From Micavibrio sp. UBA6147 (GTDB lineage Bacteria; Pseudomonadota; Alphaproteobacteria; Micavibrionales; UBA1664): a stretch of 64,000 nucleotides of DNA. Positions 27,127-36,087 of the stretch are shown here, one piece after another. The first letter of the stretch is position 1, and each line of letters begins with the position of its first letter. Both the position numbers and the translations under genes were made by a program. The notes beneath the pieces were generated by a model. That model was not told the DNA's origin and did no database searches. It was given only the letters and a program-made list of their open reading frames with translations. The stretch lies in assembly GCA_002423185.1 (NCBI GenBank), contig DIUX01000001.1, positions 221,030 to 285,029 on the forward strand, in the 5' to 3' direction.

Positions 27127-27924
27127 ATGGCTAAGAAAAAATTACCGGATATCAGCAAACATTTCGAGGAAACCAAAGGGTTCACCATCCCGACGATTTA
27201 TGAGGATGATGAAGGCCGCCGCATGGGGTATGACATTTTTTCCCGTCTTTTGAAAGATGGCGTTGTTACCTTGAATGGCGCTGTCACCCAGCAAAGTGCC
27301 GCAGTTGTAGTGGCTCAGCTCCTGTGGCTTGACCGCAATTACAAGCCCAAAGACAAAGACTCTATGATTACGTTCTACATCGATTCCCCAGGGGGATCCG
27401 TCACCGCCGGTATGGCGATTTACGACACGATGATGCGTATGAAGCAACCGGTTCGCACCGTATGTACCGGCCTTGCCGCGTCGATGGGGTCGTTCTTGCT
27501 CATGGCCGGCGCACCGGATGAGCGTTACGCCATGCCGAACTCGGAAATCATGATTCACGAAGTCTCCGCCGGAACTCAGGGCAAGGCCTCCGAAATGGAT
27601 ACCTACAGTGACCTGTTCAACCGCACCAATGACCGCCTGATTCAAATGTATGTCTTCCACACCGGCCTGCCGGAAAAGACATTGCGGATGTTGATGGAAG
27701 GCAAAGACACCTTCATGAACGCCGAAGAGGCCGCCGCCCTCAACCTTGTTGATTATGTTCTGTACGATTCGTTTGACGAAAAAGACGAACACAAAAAGAA
27801 ATGGGCGAAATTCGTCGAAGACTTCAACAAGAAAGAAGCCGAAGAACGTGGCAAGCCTCGCGCCCCCGCACTTCCGATGAATATTTTGGACGTCGCCAAA
27901 AAAGACAAGCCAAAGGTGAAGTAA
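27127..27924 (+). CDS. ClpP-family serine protease paralogue with a charged C-terminal extension
   Basis: FYIDSPGGSVTAGMAIYDTMMRMKQPVRTVCTGLAASMGSFLLMAG contains the catalytic Ser context, and SEIMIHEVSAG the His context. About 60 extra Lys/Glu-rich residues at the C-terminus. No clpX is adjacent. Confidence 0.85.
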   Translation: MAKKKLPDISKHFEETKGFTIPTIYEDDEGRRMGYDIFSRLLKDGVVTLNGAVTQQSAAVVVAQLLWLDRNYKPKDKDSMITFYIDSPGGSVTAGMAIYDTMMRMKQPVRTVCTGLAASMGSFLLMAGAPDERYAMPNSEIMIHEVSAGTQGKASEMDTYSDLFNRTNDRLIQMYVFHTGLPEKTLRMLMEGKDTFMNAEEAAALNLVDYVLYDSFDEKDEHKKKWAKFVEDFNKKEAEERGKPRAPALPMNILDVAKKDKPKVK

Positions 27925-27951
27925 GCCTTGTGCGCTTCCTTAGATTTTCTC

Positions 27952-27984
27952 AAAACCCGCTGCCGCAGCGGGTTTTGTCTTTTA
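27952..27984 (+). terminator. Rho-independent terminator after the ClpP paralogue
   Basis: Stem ACCCGCTG (27955-27962) / CAGCGGGT (27966-27973) followed by TTTTGTCTTTT. Confidence 0.75.
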
Positions 27985-28030
27985 TAAAACAGGGCTTTGA
28001 TAAACACGCGATACGGGCTAAAAATACCGG

Positions 28031-28819
28031 ATGAGCCATTCAGTCAACACAACACTTCTGGACGGGCGGGTCAAACTGGAGCAGCCTGAAGAAGGCTTTC
28101 GCGCCGGTATGGACACGGTTTTTGCCGCCGCCTATGCCCCCATCAAGGCGGGACAGCGGGTGCTGGATGCCGGTTGCGGCGTCGGCAGCATCGGCCTATG
28201 CCTACTCGCCCGCCAACCGGATTTGTCCGTCACGGGGGTGGAACTTCAATCCCATTACGCCGACATTGCAGCCCGCAACGCCGCCCTGAACGGGGTCGAA
28301 GACCGCCTGAGCATTATTCAGCGCGATATCCGCGACTTTCAGGTTACGGGCAAAATAAGCGGCACGGACGACCGTTTCGACCATGTGGTGTGCAACCCGC
28401 CTTACATGATCGAAGGCACCCACCAACGCGCCCAAAACCCCGCCAAGGCCTCCGCCATGGGGCAGGGGGCGGGTGAGGCAAGCCTTGAAGAATGGATGGA
28501 TGTGTGCTTTCGGGCTTTAAAATCCGGCGGCACGCTCACACTCGTGCAACGAGCGGAATTGCTGGGGCATTTGATTGTCATGTTGTCGGGGCGTTTTGGC
28601 GCGTTTGAGGTTCTGCCCCTGCACTCTAAGCAAGGCCAACCGGCGAAGCGGGTCTTGCTCCGCGCGGTGAAAGACAGAAAATCGCCGATGACTCTGTACT
28701 CCGGCCTTGTCTTGCACTATGACAATGGGGAGTATACGCCGGAGGCGGACAACGTCCTGCGCCACATGCAAACATTACCGCCGCCGCCCGCGCCGCAGCC
28801 AATGAACACGTCATCATAA
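28031..28819 (+). CDS. SAM-dependent N6-adenine methyltransferase (YfiC/TrmN6-like tRNA m6A37 methyltransferase suspected)
   Basis: Motif I is VLDAGCGVGSIGL and motif IV is VVCNPPYM (NPPY). Size and layout match the small tRNA1(Val) methyltransferase class. The substrate is inferred, not shown. Confidence 0.7.
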   Translation: MSHSVNTTLLDGRVKLEQPEEGFRAGMDTVFAAAYAPIKAGQRVLDAGCGVGSIGLCLLARQPDLSVTGVELQSHYADIAARNAALNGVEDRLSIIQRDIRDFQVTGKISGTDDRFDHVVCNPPYMIEGTHQRAQNPAKASAMGQGAGEASLEEWMDVCFRALKSGGTLTLVQRAELLGHLIVMLSGRFGAFEVLPLHSKQGQPAKRVLLRAVKDRKSPMTLYSGLVLHYDNGEYTPEADNVLRHMQTLPPPPAPQPMNTSS

Positions 28820-28831
28820 GGAACAAACGCC

Positions 28832-29494
28832 ATGGCTCATGAAATCGAACGCAAATATTTGCTCCGCACCGATGCTTGGAAATCCATGCCCTTTCAATCT
28901 GTGTCACAAATCACTCAAGGCTATGTGCCGGACGACGGCTCGGTCGCGGTGCGGATAGCCTTTCCGGCAATCGACACCGCCGATATTCGTTTTAGCAAAG
29001 GCGCGGCGCAGTATGATCTGCGCGTCCAAGGCCCCGACATCGCCGCCGATTTTCGCAAAGTCGCAACCTTGCCGCAATATGATGCGGCGACTCAATCCTT
29101 ACACATGACGGATTCTTTGGTCTGCCGTATTCGATCGCGCAAGACAGGCGCGTTGCAAGAGGCGTTCTTAACGATCAAAGCCCCGACCGCCCGCGCCGAT
29201 GTTACCAATGAATTCGAAATCGCGATTCCCTATGACACGGCGGAAAAAATCATGCACGACATGACCATCCACACGGTGCGCAAAACCCGCCACGTCATCG
29301 ACCATAGCGGCCAAAAATGGGAGGTGGACGTGTTCGCAGGCGCCCTCAAAGGCCTCGTGATGGCGGAGGCCGAAGTCGCCGACATCGCGGTGTTCGACCG
29401 TTTGGACATGCTCCCCGGCATCGGCGCGGACGTGACGCAAAACCGCGCCTACACAAACCGCGCCCTCGGTGAATACGGACTCCCAAAGCCCTAA
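28832..29494 (+). CDS. CYTH-domain protein (triphosphate tunnel metalloenzyme family)
   Basis: The N-terminal signature MAHEIERKYLL (ExExK) is followed by the alternating charged beta-strand pattern of this family. At 220 aa it is longer than minimal CYTH proteins. Confidence 0.75.
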   Translation: MAHEIERKYLLRTDAWKSMPFQSVSQITQGYVPDDGSVAVRIAFPAIDTADIRFSKGAAQYDLRVQGPDIAADFRKVATLPQYDAATQSLHMTDSLVCRIRSRKTGALQEAFLTIKAPTARADVTNEFEIAIPYDTAEKIMHDMTIHTVRKTRHVIDHSGQKWEVDVFAGALKGLVMAEAEVADIAVFDRLDMLPGIGADVTQNRAYTNRALGEYGLPKP

Positions 29495-29643
29495 ACTATA
29501 AAAACCGCACCCCAGAGCATCCTTATAAGGCGCACCCCATAACGGTTTTACCCCGTTGCACCCAATGCCGTAATAAGTTATAAGCGAGATATTCTCAAAG
29601 GATGGACGGATGACGATCGACCGTCCATTCCCGTCCTTCGGTG

Positions 29644-29720
29644 GGGCCAGTAGCTCAGTTGGTCAGAGCGGACCGCTCATAACGGTTTGGTCGGGGGTTC
29701 AAGTCCCTCCTGGCCCACCA
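29644..29720 (+). tRNA. tRNA with anticodon CAT (elongator Met or lysidine-modified Ile2; not initiator-like), CCA encoded
   Basis: Acceptor stem GGGCCAG/CTGGCCC; D arm GCTC-AGTTGGTCA-GAGC; anticodon arm GACCG-CTCATAA-CGGTT; T arm GGGGG-TTCAAGT-CCCTC. It lacks the 1:72 mismatch and the three G:C pairs of initiator tRNA. Confidence 0.92.
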
Positions 29721-29770
29721 AAACTTCAAAGCTAAGATAAATTAGCGGTTTGATTTTTCTTGTGTAATCT

Positions 29771-30502
29771 GTGTTTTCTAAAGAAAAAGAGAGTAACCTA
29801 TTGGCAAACAATCCAACGCATATTTTTCGCATGACGGACTATAGAAACATTGCGTGTTTTTGTAGTGATGGGCATATGTATGCCAAAAATTATAGAGACC
29901 AGCCACAAATATCAATTTCTCATCAACAGATTAATAACCGTAGAGGAAGTGGTGAGCTGTCTTTCCCAAGCAGTTCGACCACTCCACATGATTATGTTCC
30001 TTTTTATTTCTCGCCCATAACTGCAATGTATTTTGCAATACGCAATGGTAAGGTTGCCTCGTTTGATGAGGATGGAGTATCTACAGGCGTTACGGATATA
30101 AATGATGTAGCTTTTGTGGTTTTGGACATAGAACATATTGTTTCAAGTCAATGCGAATACAAATTCACAGACAAGGCGTGCTTTAAAGTGGGATATAGAG
30201 AGTTTGATGATTGGGCGCAATCCAAAGATGAGATAAATTGGGGACTATTTAATGAACCACCTATTGTAGCCAATATATCTGTAATAGGGTATAATGGAGT
30301 CTGCAGATATGCGACGAGTCGAGATATCAGGCCTGAATATTTGGACAGAACAGATAAACGGATGGCCGAGTTTCTTGTAAGAGATAGGGTCAGCATGGAT
30401 GATGTGCGAGCCATTGTTGTCCAAAGTGACAGAGTTAAAGAGCATATTGAGGCGTATTTTAGTGGTTCTGTTATAGTTAAACCTGAAATTTACAACGTCT
30501 AG
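29771..30502 (+). CDS. darT: DarT-type (DUF4433) DNA ADP-ribosyltransferase toxin
   Basis: Matches remembered DarT landmarks: THIFRMTDYRNI (IYHITH-type N-terminus), PHDYVPFYFSPITAMYFAI, YKFTDKAC (FTD motif) and RMAEFLVRD (catalytic Glu context). GTG start. AT-rich codon usage unlike the flanking genes. Confidence 0.85.
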   Translation: MFSKEKESNLLANNPTHIFRMTDYRNIACFCSDGHMYAKNYRDQPQISISHQQINNRRGSGELSFPSSSTTPHDYVPFYFSPITAMYFAIRNGKVASFDEDGVSTGVTDINDVAFVVLDIEHIVSSQCEYKFTDKACFKVGYREFDDWAQSKDEINWGLFNEPPIVANISVIGYNGVCRYATSRDIRPEYLDRTDKRMAEFLVRDRVSMDDVRAIVVQSDRVKEHIEAYFSGSVIVKPEIYNV

Positions 30503-30522
30503 GGTATTTTTGTGGGGCTGAT

Positions 30523-31572
30523 ATGGCACTAAAGTTTTTGCACGGTGATTTGTTTAAGGATGATGCAGAGGCGCTGGTTAACACAGTTAATTGCGTGGGT
30601 GTCATGGGCAAGGGCGTTGCTCTAAAATTTAAACAGCTCTGGCCTGAAAATTACAGAAAATATAAAGAAGTGTGCGAAAGAAATGAGCTGTACCCAGGAA
30701 AGTTACTGGTTGTGGAGGAGGGCGACATGATTAACGGCAGAAAACTGCTTGTTAATTTTCCCACGAAAGAGCATTGGAAAGCTAAGTCCAAATTAGAATA
30801 TGTAGAAAAGGGACTCGACGCCTTAGTTAAGGAAATTCAAGGCAGCAATATCAAGTCGATTGCTATGCCTCCGCTAGGTTGTGGAAACGGTGGATTGGAA
30901 TGGAAAGAGGTCAGAAAAATCATTGTTCAAAAATTAAGTGGTTTGAACGATGTTGATATACGTATTTATGCCCCCGCATATATTGCTATTGATGAGCCAG
31001 AGTATACGCTTACAGGAAAGCCGAATTTGACGAAAGAAAGAGCTATAATTCTAAGAATGCTGGGAGAACTTGAAGAGTTTTTTGATTATTCACTAACAAA
31101 ATTATGTTTACAAAAATTAGTCTACTTTTTGAACCTTTTTGACTACCAGTTTAATGTCGAATTCAAAAAAGAAGCTATGGGGCCATATTCTTCTGAGTTA
31201 AATGCAGCTTTTTTAAAGATGGATGAATTAGGCTGGATTAAGGGATATAACGAAGAAGGAGCGGATAAGATAAGCGTTCCTTCGGGCATATTTTCTGAAT
31301 GCAATAGTTTCATACAGGCAGAAGGCTATGAGGATGATGTTTCTCATACTATAGATAAAATTTCGAAACTTATTCAAGGCTTTGAGAGTCCTTTTGGAAT
31401 GGAGCTTCTTTCGACTGTTCATTATTTGGGAAGCGTAGAGAATGTCTCCAAGGAAAATATGTTCAGTGCCGTTCAAAGTTGGTCAGATAGAAAAAAAGGG
31501 CTGTTTAGCCAAAAGGAAGTTGAAGAAGCGTATTCTAGATTAAGCGAAGACGAATTTTGGGTAGTTATCTAG
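30523..31572 (+). CDS. darG: DarG-type macrodomain antitoxin (ADP-ribosylglycohydrolase) with C-terminal toxin-binding domain
   Basis: N-terminal macrodomain: GDLFKDDAEALVNTVNCVGVMGKGVALKFKQLWPENY and PPLGCGNGGLEW. It has a ~190-aa C-terminal extension and starts 20 nt after darT. AT-rich. Confidence 0.85.
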   Translation: MALKFLHGDLFKDDAEALVNTVNCVGVMGKGVALKFKQLWPENYRKYKEVCERNELYPGKLLVVEEGDMINGRKLLVNFPTKEHWKAKSKLEYVEKGLDALVKEIQGSNIKSIAMPPLGCGNGGLEWKEVRKIIVQKLSGLNDVDIRIYAPAYIAIDEPEYTLTGKPNLTKERAIILRMLGELEEFFDYSLTKLCLQKLVYFLNLFDYQFNVEFKKEAMGPYSSELNAAFLKMDELGWIKGYNEEGADKISVPSGIFSECNSFIQAEGYEDDVSHTIDKISKLIQGFESPFGMELLSTVHYLGSVENVSKENMFSAVQSWSDRKKGLFSQKEVEEAYSRLSEDEFWVVI

Positions 31573-31628
31573 GGCAACATCTTGAGTATATTAAGCACTC
31601 CACGTAGTCGGTGTTTCCGCTGCGATCA

Positions 31629-32678
31629 CTAATTCAACTTCGGGTTCCCCGATCCGTAGTTATGCGCTTTTTTCACGGGTTGGGTGGCGTAGTGTTCTAG
31701 GTCTTTGTCCGTGGGGCTGGGGATGGCGTATTTTTCGAAGAATTTGTCGAAATTGCCGGAAACGGTGCGCAGCCTGTCGCCCATGCCTTTATGCTGGGCG
31801 GGGGCGTGGCCTTGGCCGAAATTGGGGAGCCATATGTTGCGAAGCTCCGGCGCGACGCCGCCGACTTGCAAGGCCGCTTCGTTGAGCTGGCAATAGCCGA
31901 GTTTGAGCATCCCGAGTGTTTCGGCGTCAACGACAACGCTTTTGTCTTGGTTCGGGCTTTTGCCGATGATGTCGGACAGGGCGGCGGTGGAGCGGATGAG
32001 CGCGTGATACAGGCTCCCTTTATCGTCCTCATTCTTGAACCCATCCTCAACCCAGCGGATCATCTCGCCGAGCGCGCTGGTCAAATACATGTTATCAACC
32101 GTCGCCACGGGCGCGGTGAGGGGGGCGAGAACGGCGGCAATGTCGCTCTTATCAATCGTAACGGGCGGGTGTTCGTCTTTCTTATCCGAGGATTTTTTGA
32201 AGGATCGCAGCAGCGGCTTGACGGGCGCGCCTTCCCGCGCCGGCACAGGCCGCCCCATATCCGCAAGCGTCTGGGCGAGCGCCTTGACGCGCGGGTCGGA
32301 GGGGCTGATCGAGGCTTGCGCTTGCTGGAAAAACAGCGCCGCAGAGCGCGCGTCTTGATCGGTTCCATACCCATTAATCAACATATACCCCGCCATTAGG
32401 GCGCTCTCGGGGTGCTGCGCCTGCGCCGTGTGGACAAAGACTTCGAAGGCTTTTGCGTCCATCGCCTTTTTAACGGCGGCGGGCAGGGCGTTAAACTGCG
32501 GATACATGGTTTCGTTATGCGCCATGTCGCACAGCATTAATCCATAGCTGTATAATAAATCTACATCCCCCGTCAGGGCGGCATCGCGCATCTCTTGAAT
32601 TAATTCAACATTACAATCGGCGATTGGGTGGCTTTCCATATAGGTCAGCAACGGGCAGGATTCTAAATTCAGGCTCAT
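31629..32678 (-). CDS. Hypothetical protein with a Sel1-like (TPR-family) repeat in the N-terminal third
   Basis: HPESALMAGYMLINGYGTDQDARSAALFFQQAQA resembles a Sel1 repeat. The rest is unrecognised. GC content is like the host backbone, not the darTG islet. Confidence 0.55.
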   Translation of the reverse strand: MSLNLESCPLLTYMESHPIADCNVELIQEMRDAALTGDVDLLYSYGLMLCDMAHNETMYPQFNALPAAVKKAMDAKAFEVFVHTAQAQHPESALMAGYMLINGYGTDQDARSAALFFQQAQASISPSDPRVKALAQTLADMGRPVPAREGAPVKPLLRSFKKSSDKKDEHPPVTIDKSDIAAVLAPLTAPVATVDNMYLTSALGEMIRWVEDGFKNEDDKGSLYHALIRSTAALSDIIGKSPNQDKSVVVDAETLGMLKLGYCQLNEAALQVGGVAPELRNIWLPNFGQGHAPAQHKGMGDRLRTVSGNFDKFFEKYAIPSPTDKDLEHYATQPVKKAHNYGSGNPKLN

Positions 32679-32928
32679 GGATCACTCTTTCTTATAGGGA
32701 TCGACAGATTTTAAAATGATATTTGTCATATTATATAGGCGAAATAATTCCTGCAACTAATATCTCGGTGAAGTTTTTACGGATATTTTTATGCGCCTGT
32801 ATGCCTTGCATTTCCTTATATATCCCCCGCCCTCAAATTTTTTTTACAAAACCGCGCAGGGGTTTTCAATCTGCCCCCGTATAAAGGATATACACGGCGT
32901 ATAAACATTTAAAAACTTAGAGGACATC

Positions 32929-33498
32929 ATGCAGACAAAAAATATTTTGAAGACAACCGCCTTCGCTCTGGTCATTGGTTTGATGGCGCAGACATCCCTT
33001 GCCACCAACGTAAGTGCCGCCGAGCGCAGCGCAGAATTCGTCACTGGTAAAGGCAAAACAGGCGCCATCGCAAGAACACGCGACGGCAATTTGCGCGACG
33101 GCCTGAACCGCTCCAAAACCGTGACCGGCCCGAATGGTGAGAGCTATGAAGTGCAATCCACCGTCACCTATGACAAGGAAACCGGCACATATAACAAAAC
33201 CGTGACCGGCGCGGATGGCAAGGCCATAACATATAACGGCACAATCGAAGACGGCCAAAAAACCGGCACATACACGACGGCTGATGGCAAGACCGGCACA
33301 TACGAAACCGGCGTGACCAAGAATGACGACGGCGAAGTGACCCGCAGCAACACATGGACGAACGAAGCCGGCGAAACAAAAAACCGCAGCGCAACCTATG
33401 AATACGAAGCCGAAACCGGCGAAGCAACGCGCGTGATCACCAATAACCGCGGTAAAATCAGAGCGGGCAGCGTTTCAAAGGTTCCAAGCGGCGAATAA
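32929..33498 (+). CDS. Secreted Thr/Gly-rich repeat protein
   Basis: The signal peptide is MQTKNILKTTAFALVIGLMAQTSLATNVSA. The mature part has recurring units: ETGTYNKTVTGADGKAITYNGT, QKTGTYTTADGKTGTYETGVTKNDDGEVTRS and ETKNRSATYEYEAETGEATRV. Confidence 0.7.
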   Translation: MQTKNILKTTAFALVIGLMAQTSLATNVSAAERSAEFVTGKGKTGAIARTRDGNLRDGLNRSKTVTGPNGESYEVQSTVTYDKETGTYNKTVTGADGKAITYNGTIEDGQKTGTYTTADGKTGTYETGVTKNDDGEVTRSNTWTNEAGETKNRSATYEYEAETGEATRVITNNRGKIRAGSVSKVPSGE

Positions 33499-33629
33499 CG
33501 CCGTCACTTTGCGAAAGCTCTATCGAGCGAGCTACGAGAAAATATCATGCCCTCGGCCTCATGTGCCGGCATGACGTGAACAAGATAAAATGCTACTGTT
33601 CATCGTCAAATACCGCAATGGGTGAGGGC

Positions 33630-34193
33630 ATGATACAAGACCAATCGGACGAAGACCTGATGAAGGCTGTTGCCAAGGCGAACCAGTCCGCGTTTCGGAC
33701 ATTGGTCAACCGCCATATGGGGCGTGCGAATACCATCGCGATGCGGAGCCTACCGCGCCGTGAGGACGCAGAAGAGGCCGTACAGGATTCATTTTGCAAA
33801 ATATGGGTGAATGCGGCGTCTTTTGACCCTGACAAAGCAAAGTTCATGACATGGTTTGTGCGTATTTTGACGAATACATGTCTGGATAAAATTCGCTCAA
33901 ACCCGCCGCGTGCCGGTGATATTGACGCGCTGGCGGATGTTTTGGCGGATGATGCGGCCTCGTATGATGCGCAATACGGCCAAAAACGCGAAGGTGAGGC
34001 CATCCGCAAAGCGGTGCAAACCTTGCCGGATCGCCAAAGGATGGCAGTGATTTTATGTTATTTCGAGGAGATGACAAACCCGCAAGCCGCCGAAGTTTTG
34101 GGAATAAACGTCAAGGCGCTGGAAGGATTACTGGTTCGCGCAAGGCGGGATTTGAAGGGACGATTAGGAGCAGGAGAAGACAATGACGGATGA
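33630..34193 (+). CDS. ECF-type RNA polymerase sigma factor
   Basis: Region 2: FRTLVNRHMGRANTIAMRSLPRREDAEEAVQDSFCKIW. Region 4 HTH: MTNPQAAEVLGINVKALEGLLVRARRDLK. The start is set at MIQDQSDEDL after a GGTGAGGG Shine-Dalgarno sequence. Confidence 0.88.
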   Translation: MIQDQSDEDLMKAVAKANQSAFRTLVNRHMGRANTIAMRSLPRREDAEEAVQDSFCKIWVNAASFDPDKAKFMTWFVRILTNTCLDKIRSNPPRAGDIDALADVLADDAASYDAQYGQKREGEAIRKAVQTLPDRQRMAVILCYFEEMTNPQAAEVLGINVKALEGLLVRARRDLKGRLGAGEDNDG

Positions 34194-34497
34194 TGATTTG
34201 AAAAAACGCCTGCGGGCATGGACGGTCCCTGCGCCGGATTCCGGCCTTGCGGATCGGATTGTGATGAACGCCCTGCGCCACCCGCAAAAAATGCCGTGGA
34301 GCCTGCGCTTGGGAAAAACGCTGGAAACATGGCTTTTGGATTGGAACGCAGGGGCGATTTATAAATGCGCCAGCCTCGCGATGATCGTTGTGATTGGCCT
34401 CAGCATTGGCTATTCCAGCCCCTATGCAGGCGGCGCGGATACGATCAGCATCGTCGACCTCGCGATGGGTGGAATGAATGAATGGGAGGGATCATGA
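34183..34497 (+). CDS. Putative anti-sigma factor (single-pass membrane protein)
   Basis: It overlaps the sigma gene stop by 11 nt. A short cytoplasmic N-terminus is followed by one TM helix (ASLAMIVVIGLSIGY). The position is classic for a cognate anti-sigma factor. Confidence 0.55.
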   Translation: MTDDDLKKRLRAWTVPAPDSGLADRIVMNALRHPQKMPWSLRLGKTLETWLLDWNAGAIYKCASLAMIVVIGLSIGYSSPYAGGADTISIVDLAMGGMNEWEGS

Positions 34498-34940
34498 ACA
34501 AGCGTATAATTTGTATGGTGGCATTGTCGGTGTCTTTGGCACTCAACGTATTTTTCGGCTCGGTCATGCTCGGCAAATTTGCGGGACGCATGGAACAAGG
34601 CAATGGAAAATCTCTTAAGCTGGTGATGCAGAAAATGCGCGACTTGCCGCCCGAGCAACGCGAAAAAGCCGCTGCCATAGTGCGCGACACTGCCCCGCAA
34701 TTACGCGCCACGATTGCGGAATTGAAGCAAGAGCGCACAGAAGTATTCGACCAATTAAAAAGTCCGGACTATCAGCGTTCAGATGTTGAACCGCGCCTCA
34801 TCGCCGTTCGCGAGAAAACCAATGAGCTTCAGGCCGTGGCACAAACATTGATGCTGGATTTTGCCGACCAATTAACCCCCGAACAACGCGCCGAATTTTT
34901 TGCGCGCCAAGGCAATTGGGAAGATAAATTCCAACCATAA
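34482..34940 (+). CDS. Periplasmic LTXXQ-motif protein (Spy/CpxP / heavy-metal-sensor family)
   Basis: N-terminal signal/TM (IICMVALSVSLALNVFFGSVML), helical Gln/Glu/Arg-rich body and an LTPEQRAEFF (LTXXQ) motif. It overlaps the preceding gene by 16 nt. Confidence 0.65.
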   Translation: MGGIMNKRIICMVALSVSLALNVFFGSVMLGKFAGRMEQGNGKSLKLVMQKMRDLPPEQREKAAAIVRDTAPQLRATIAELKQERTEVFDQLKSPDYQRSDVEPRLIAVREKTNELQAVAQTLMLDFADQLTPEQRAEFFARQGNWEDKFQP

Positions 34941-35003
34941 CGCCCAGCCACAATGCCGAAAGGCGAGTCACAGGCGAGTCTAAGTGATAAACGGAGAAGA
35001 CCG

Positions 35004-35957
35004 ATGAAACAGCTTTTGTTAACCCTTATGCTTGTCTGCGTTTTGTGGCCTGTCCACGTTCAGGCGCAGGATGCCACACAAGACGGCCTTAAGCTGCAAT
35101 CCATCACGAGCGGTGGCATAGAGCGCAATTTTTTCTATCTCAACCCCGCAATCAACGCCGATGCCGCCAATAAAATGCCGCTGCTTCTGTCCCTTCATGG
35201 CGGCGGCAAGGATGACGGCGATGAATATGCGGCGCGCGCAGGATACACCCCAATGGCGCGAGAACAGGGATTTATCATCGTCTATCCGAATGGCGTCAAC
35301 GCCCAATGGAATGACGGGCGCGGCGTCACGTTTCGCGGCATTGACGACAACGCACATGTCGATGATGCGCGGTTTTTGGCGGATGTGATCGACTATTTCA
35401 TCGCCCACCACAATGCCGACCCCGCGCGGGTGTATATTGAGGGGAGTTCAAACGGCGGCATGATGACCTATCGGATGCTGTGCGAATATTCCGAAAAGAT
35501 TGCGGCGGCGGCGGCGGTGATTGCGAGTATTCCTGAAAACATCTACCCTAGCTGCGCCCCGAAAAAGCCCGTGCCGCTCCTGAGCATGAACGCAACCGCC
35601 GACCCGCTGGTTCCTTTTAACGGCGGTGAATTAAGGCTCGGCAAACGCAAAACGGCGGGGCGGATTACCTCCACCGAACAAAGCGTTGCGTTTTGGCGCA
35701 ATAATAACGGATGCAAGGATCCGGTTAAAACCGAAGAATTGCCCGATGTCGTCACCAGCGATGACTCCACGGTGGAACATCGCGTCTACGGCGGCTGCAC
35801 CGCCGGCGCGACTGTCGAACAATATATCGTCCATGGCGGCGGCCATTCAAGACCGGGGATGAAAGGGGTTGCCCTTGAACGTTTCTTGGGCAAGGTGAAC
35901 AAGGATATTGTCGCCGGTGACGTCATCTGGGATTTTCTCAAACAATATTCGCAATAA
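35004..35957 (+). CDS. Secreted alpha/beta-hydrolase esterase (PHB-depolymerase/LpqC-like family)
   Basis: Signal peptide MKQLLLTLMLVCVLWPVHVQA; oxyanion region PLLLSLHGGG; nucleophile elbow YIEGSSNGGMM (GxSxG); C-terminal VHGGGHS. The start is set after a GGAGAAG Shine-Dalgarno sequence. Confidence 0.75.
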   Translation: MKQLLLTLMLVCVLWPVHVQAQDATQDGLKLQSITSGGIERNFFYLNPAINADAANKMPLLLSLHGGGKDDGDEYAARAGYTPMAREQGFIIVYPNGVNAQWNDGRGVTFRGIDDNAHVDDARFLADVIDYFIAHHNADPARVYIEGSSNGGMMTYRMLCEYSEKIAAAAAVIASIPENIYPSCAPKKPVPLLSMNATADPLVPFNGGELRLGKRKTAGRITSTEQSVAFWRNNNGCKDPVKTEELPDVVTSDDSTVEHRVYGGCTAGATVEQYIVHGGGHSRPGMKGVALERFLGKVNKDIVAGDVIWDFLKQYSQ

Positions 35958-36087
35958 GATATTGTCGCGTAAAATACTGCGGCAAATACAAAAACCGCGT
36001 TATTGTGTTTTTAAGGAACTGGCTTCATAATAGTACGGAACCGAAAAAACCGCCCTTGGCGGACGACACGAAGGCGAGGCCGGACGC

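Noticed and set aside
29600-29632. The hairpin GGATGGACGG...CCGTCCATTCC just upstream of tRNA-Met, as a terminator or regulatory element.
   Set aside because: The stem has a bulge and there is no T-run after it. It could be a tRNA-precursor processing structure, but nothing in the sequence discriminates this from chance.
31573-31660. Possible attR: a direct repeat of the tRNA-Met 3' end at the right border of the darTG islet (TCGGGTTCC versus TCGGGGGTTCAAGTCC).
   Set aside because: Only about 5-8 nt match, and the segment lies inside the C-terminal coding region of the neighbouring gene. This is not distinguishable from chance by eye.
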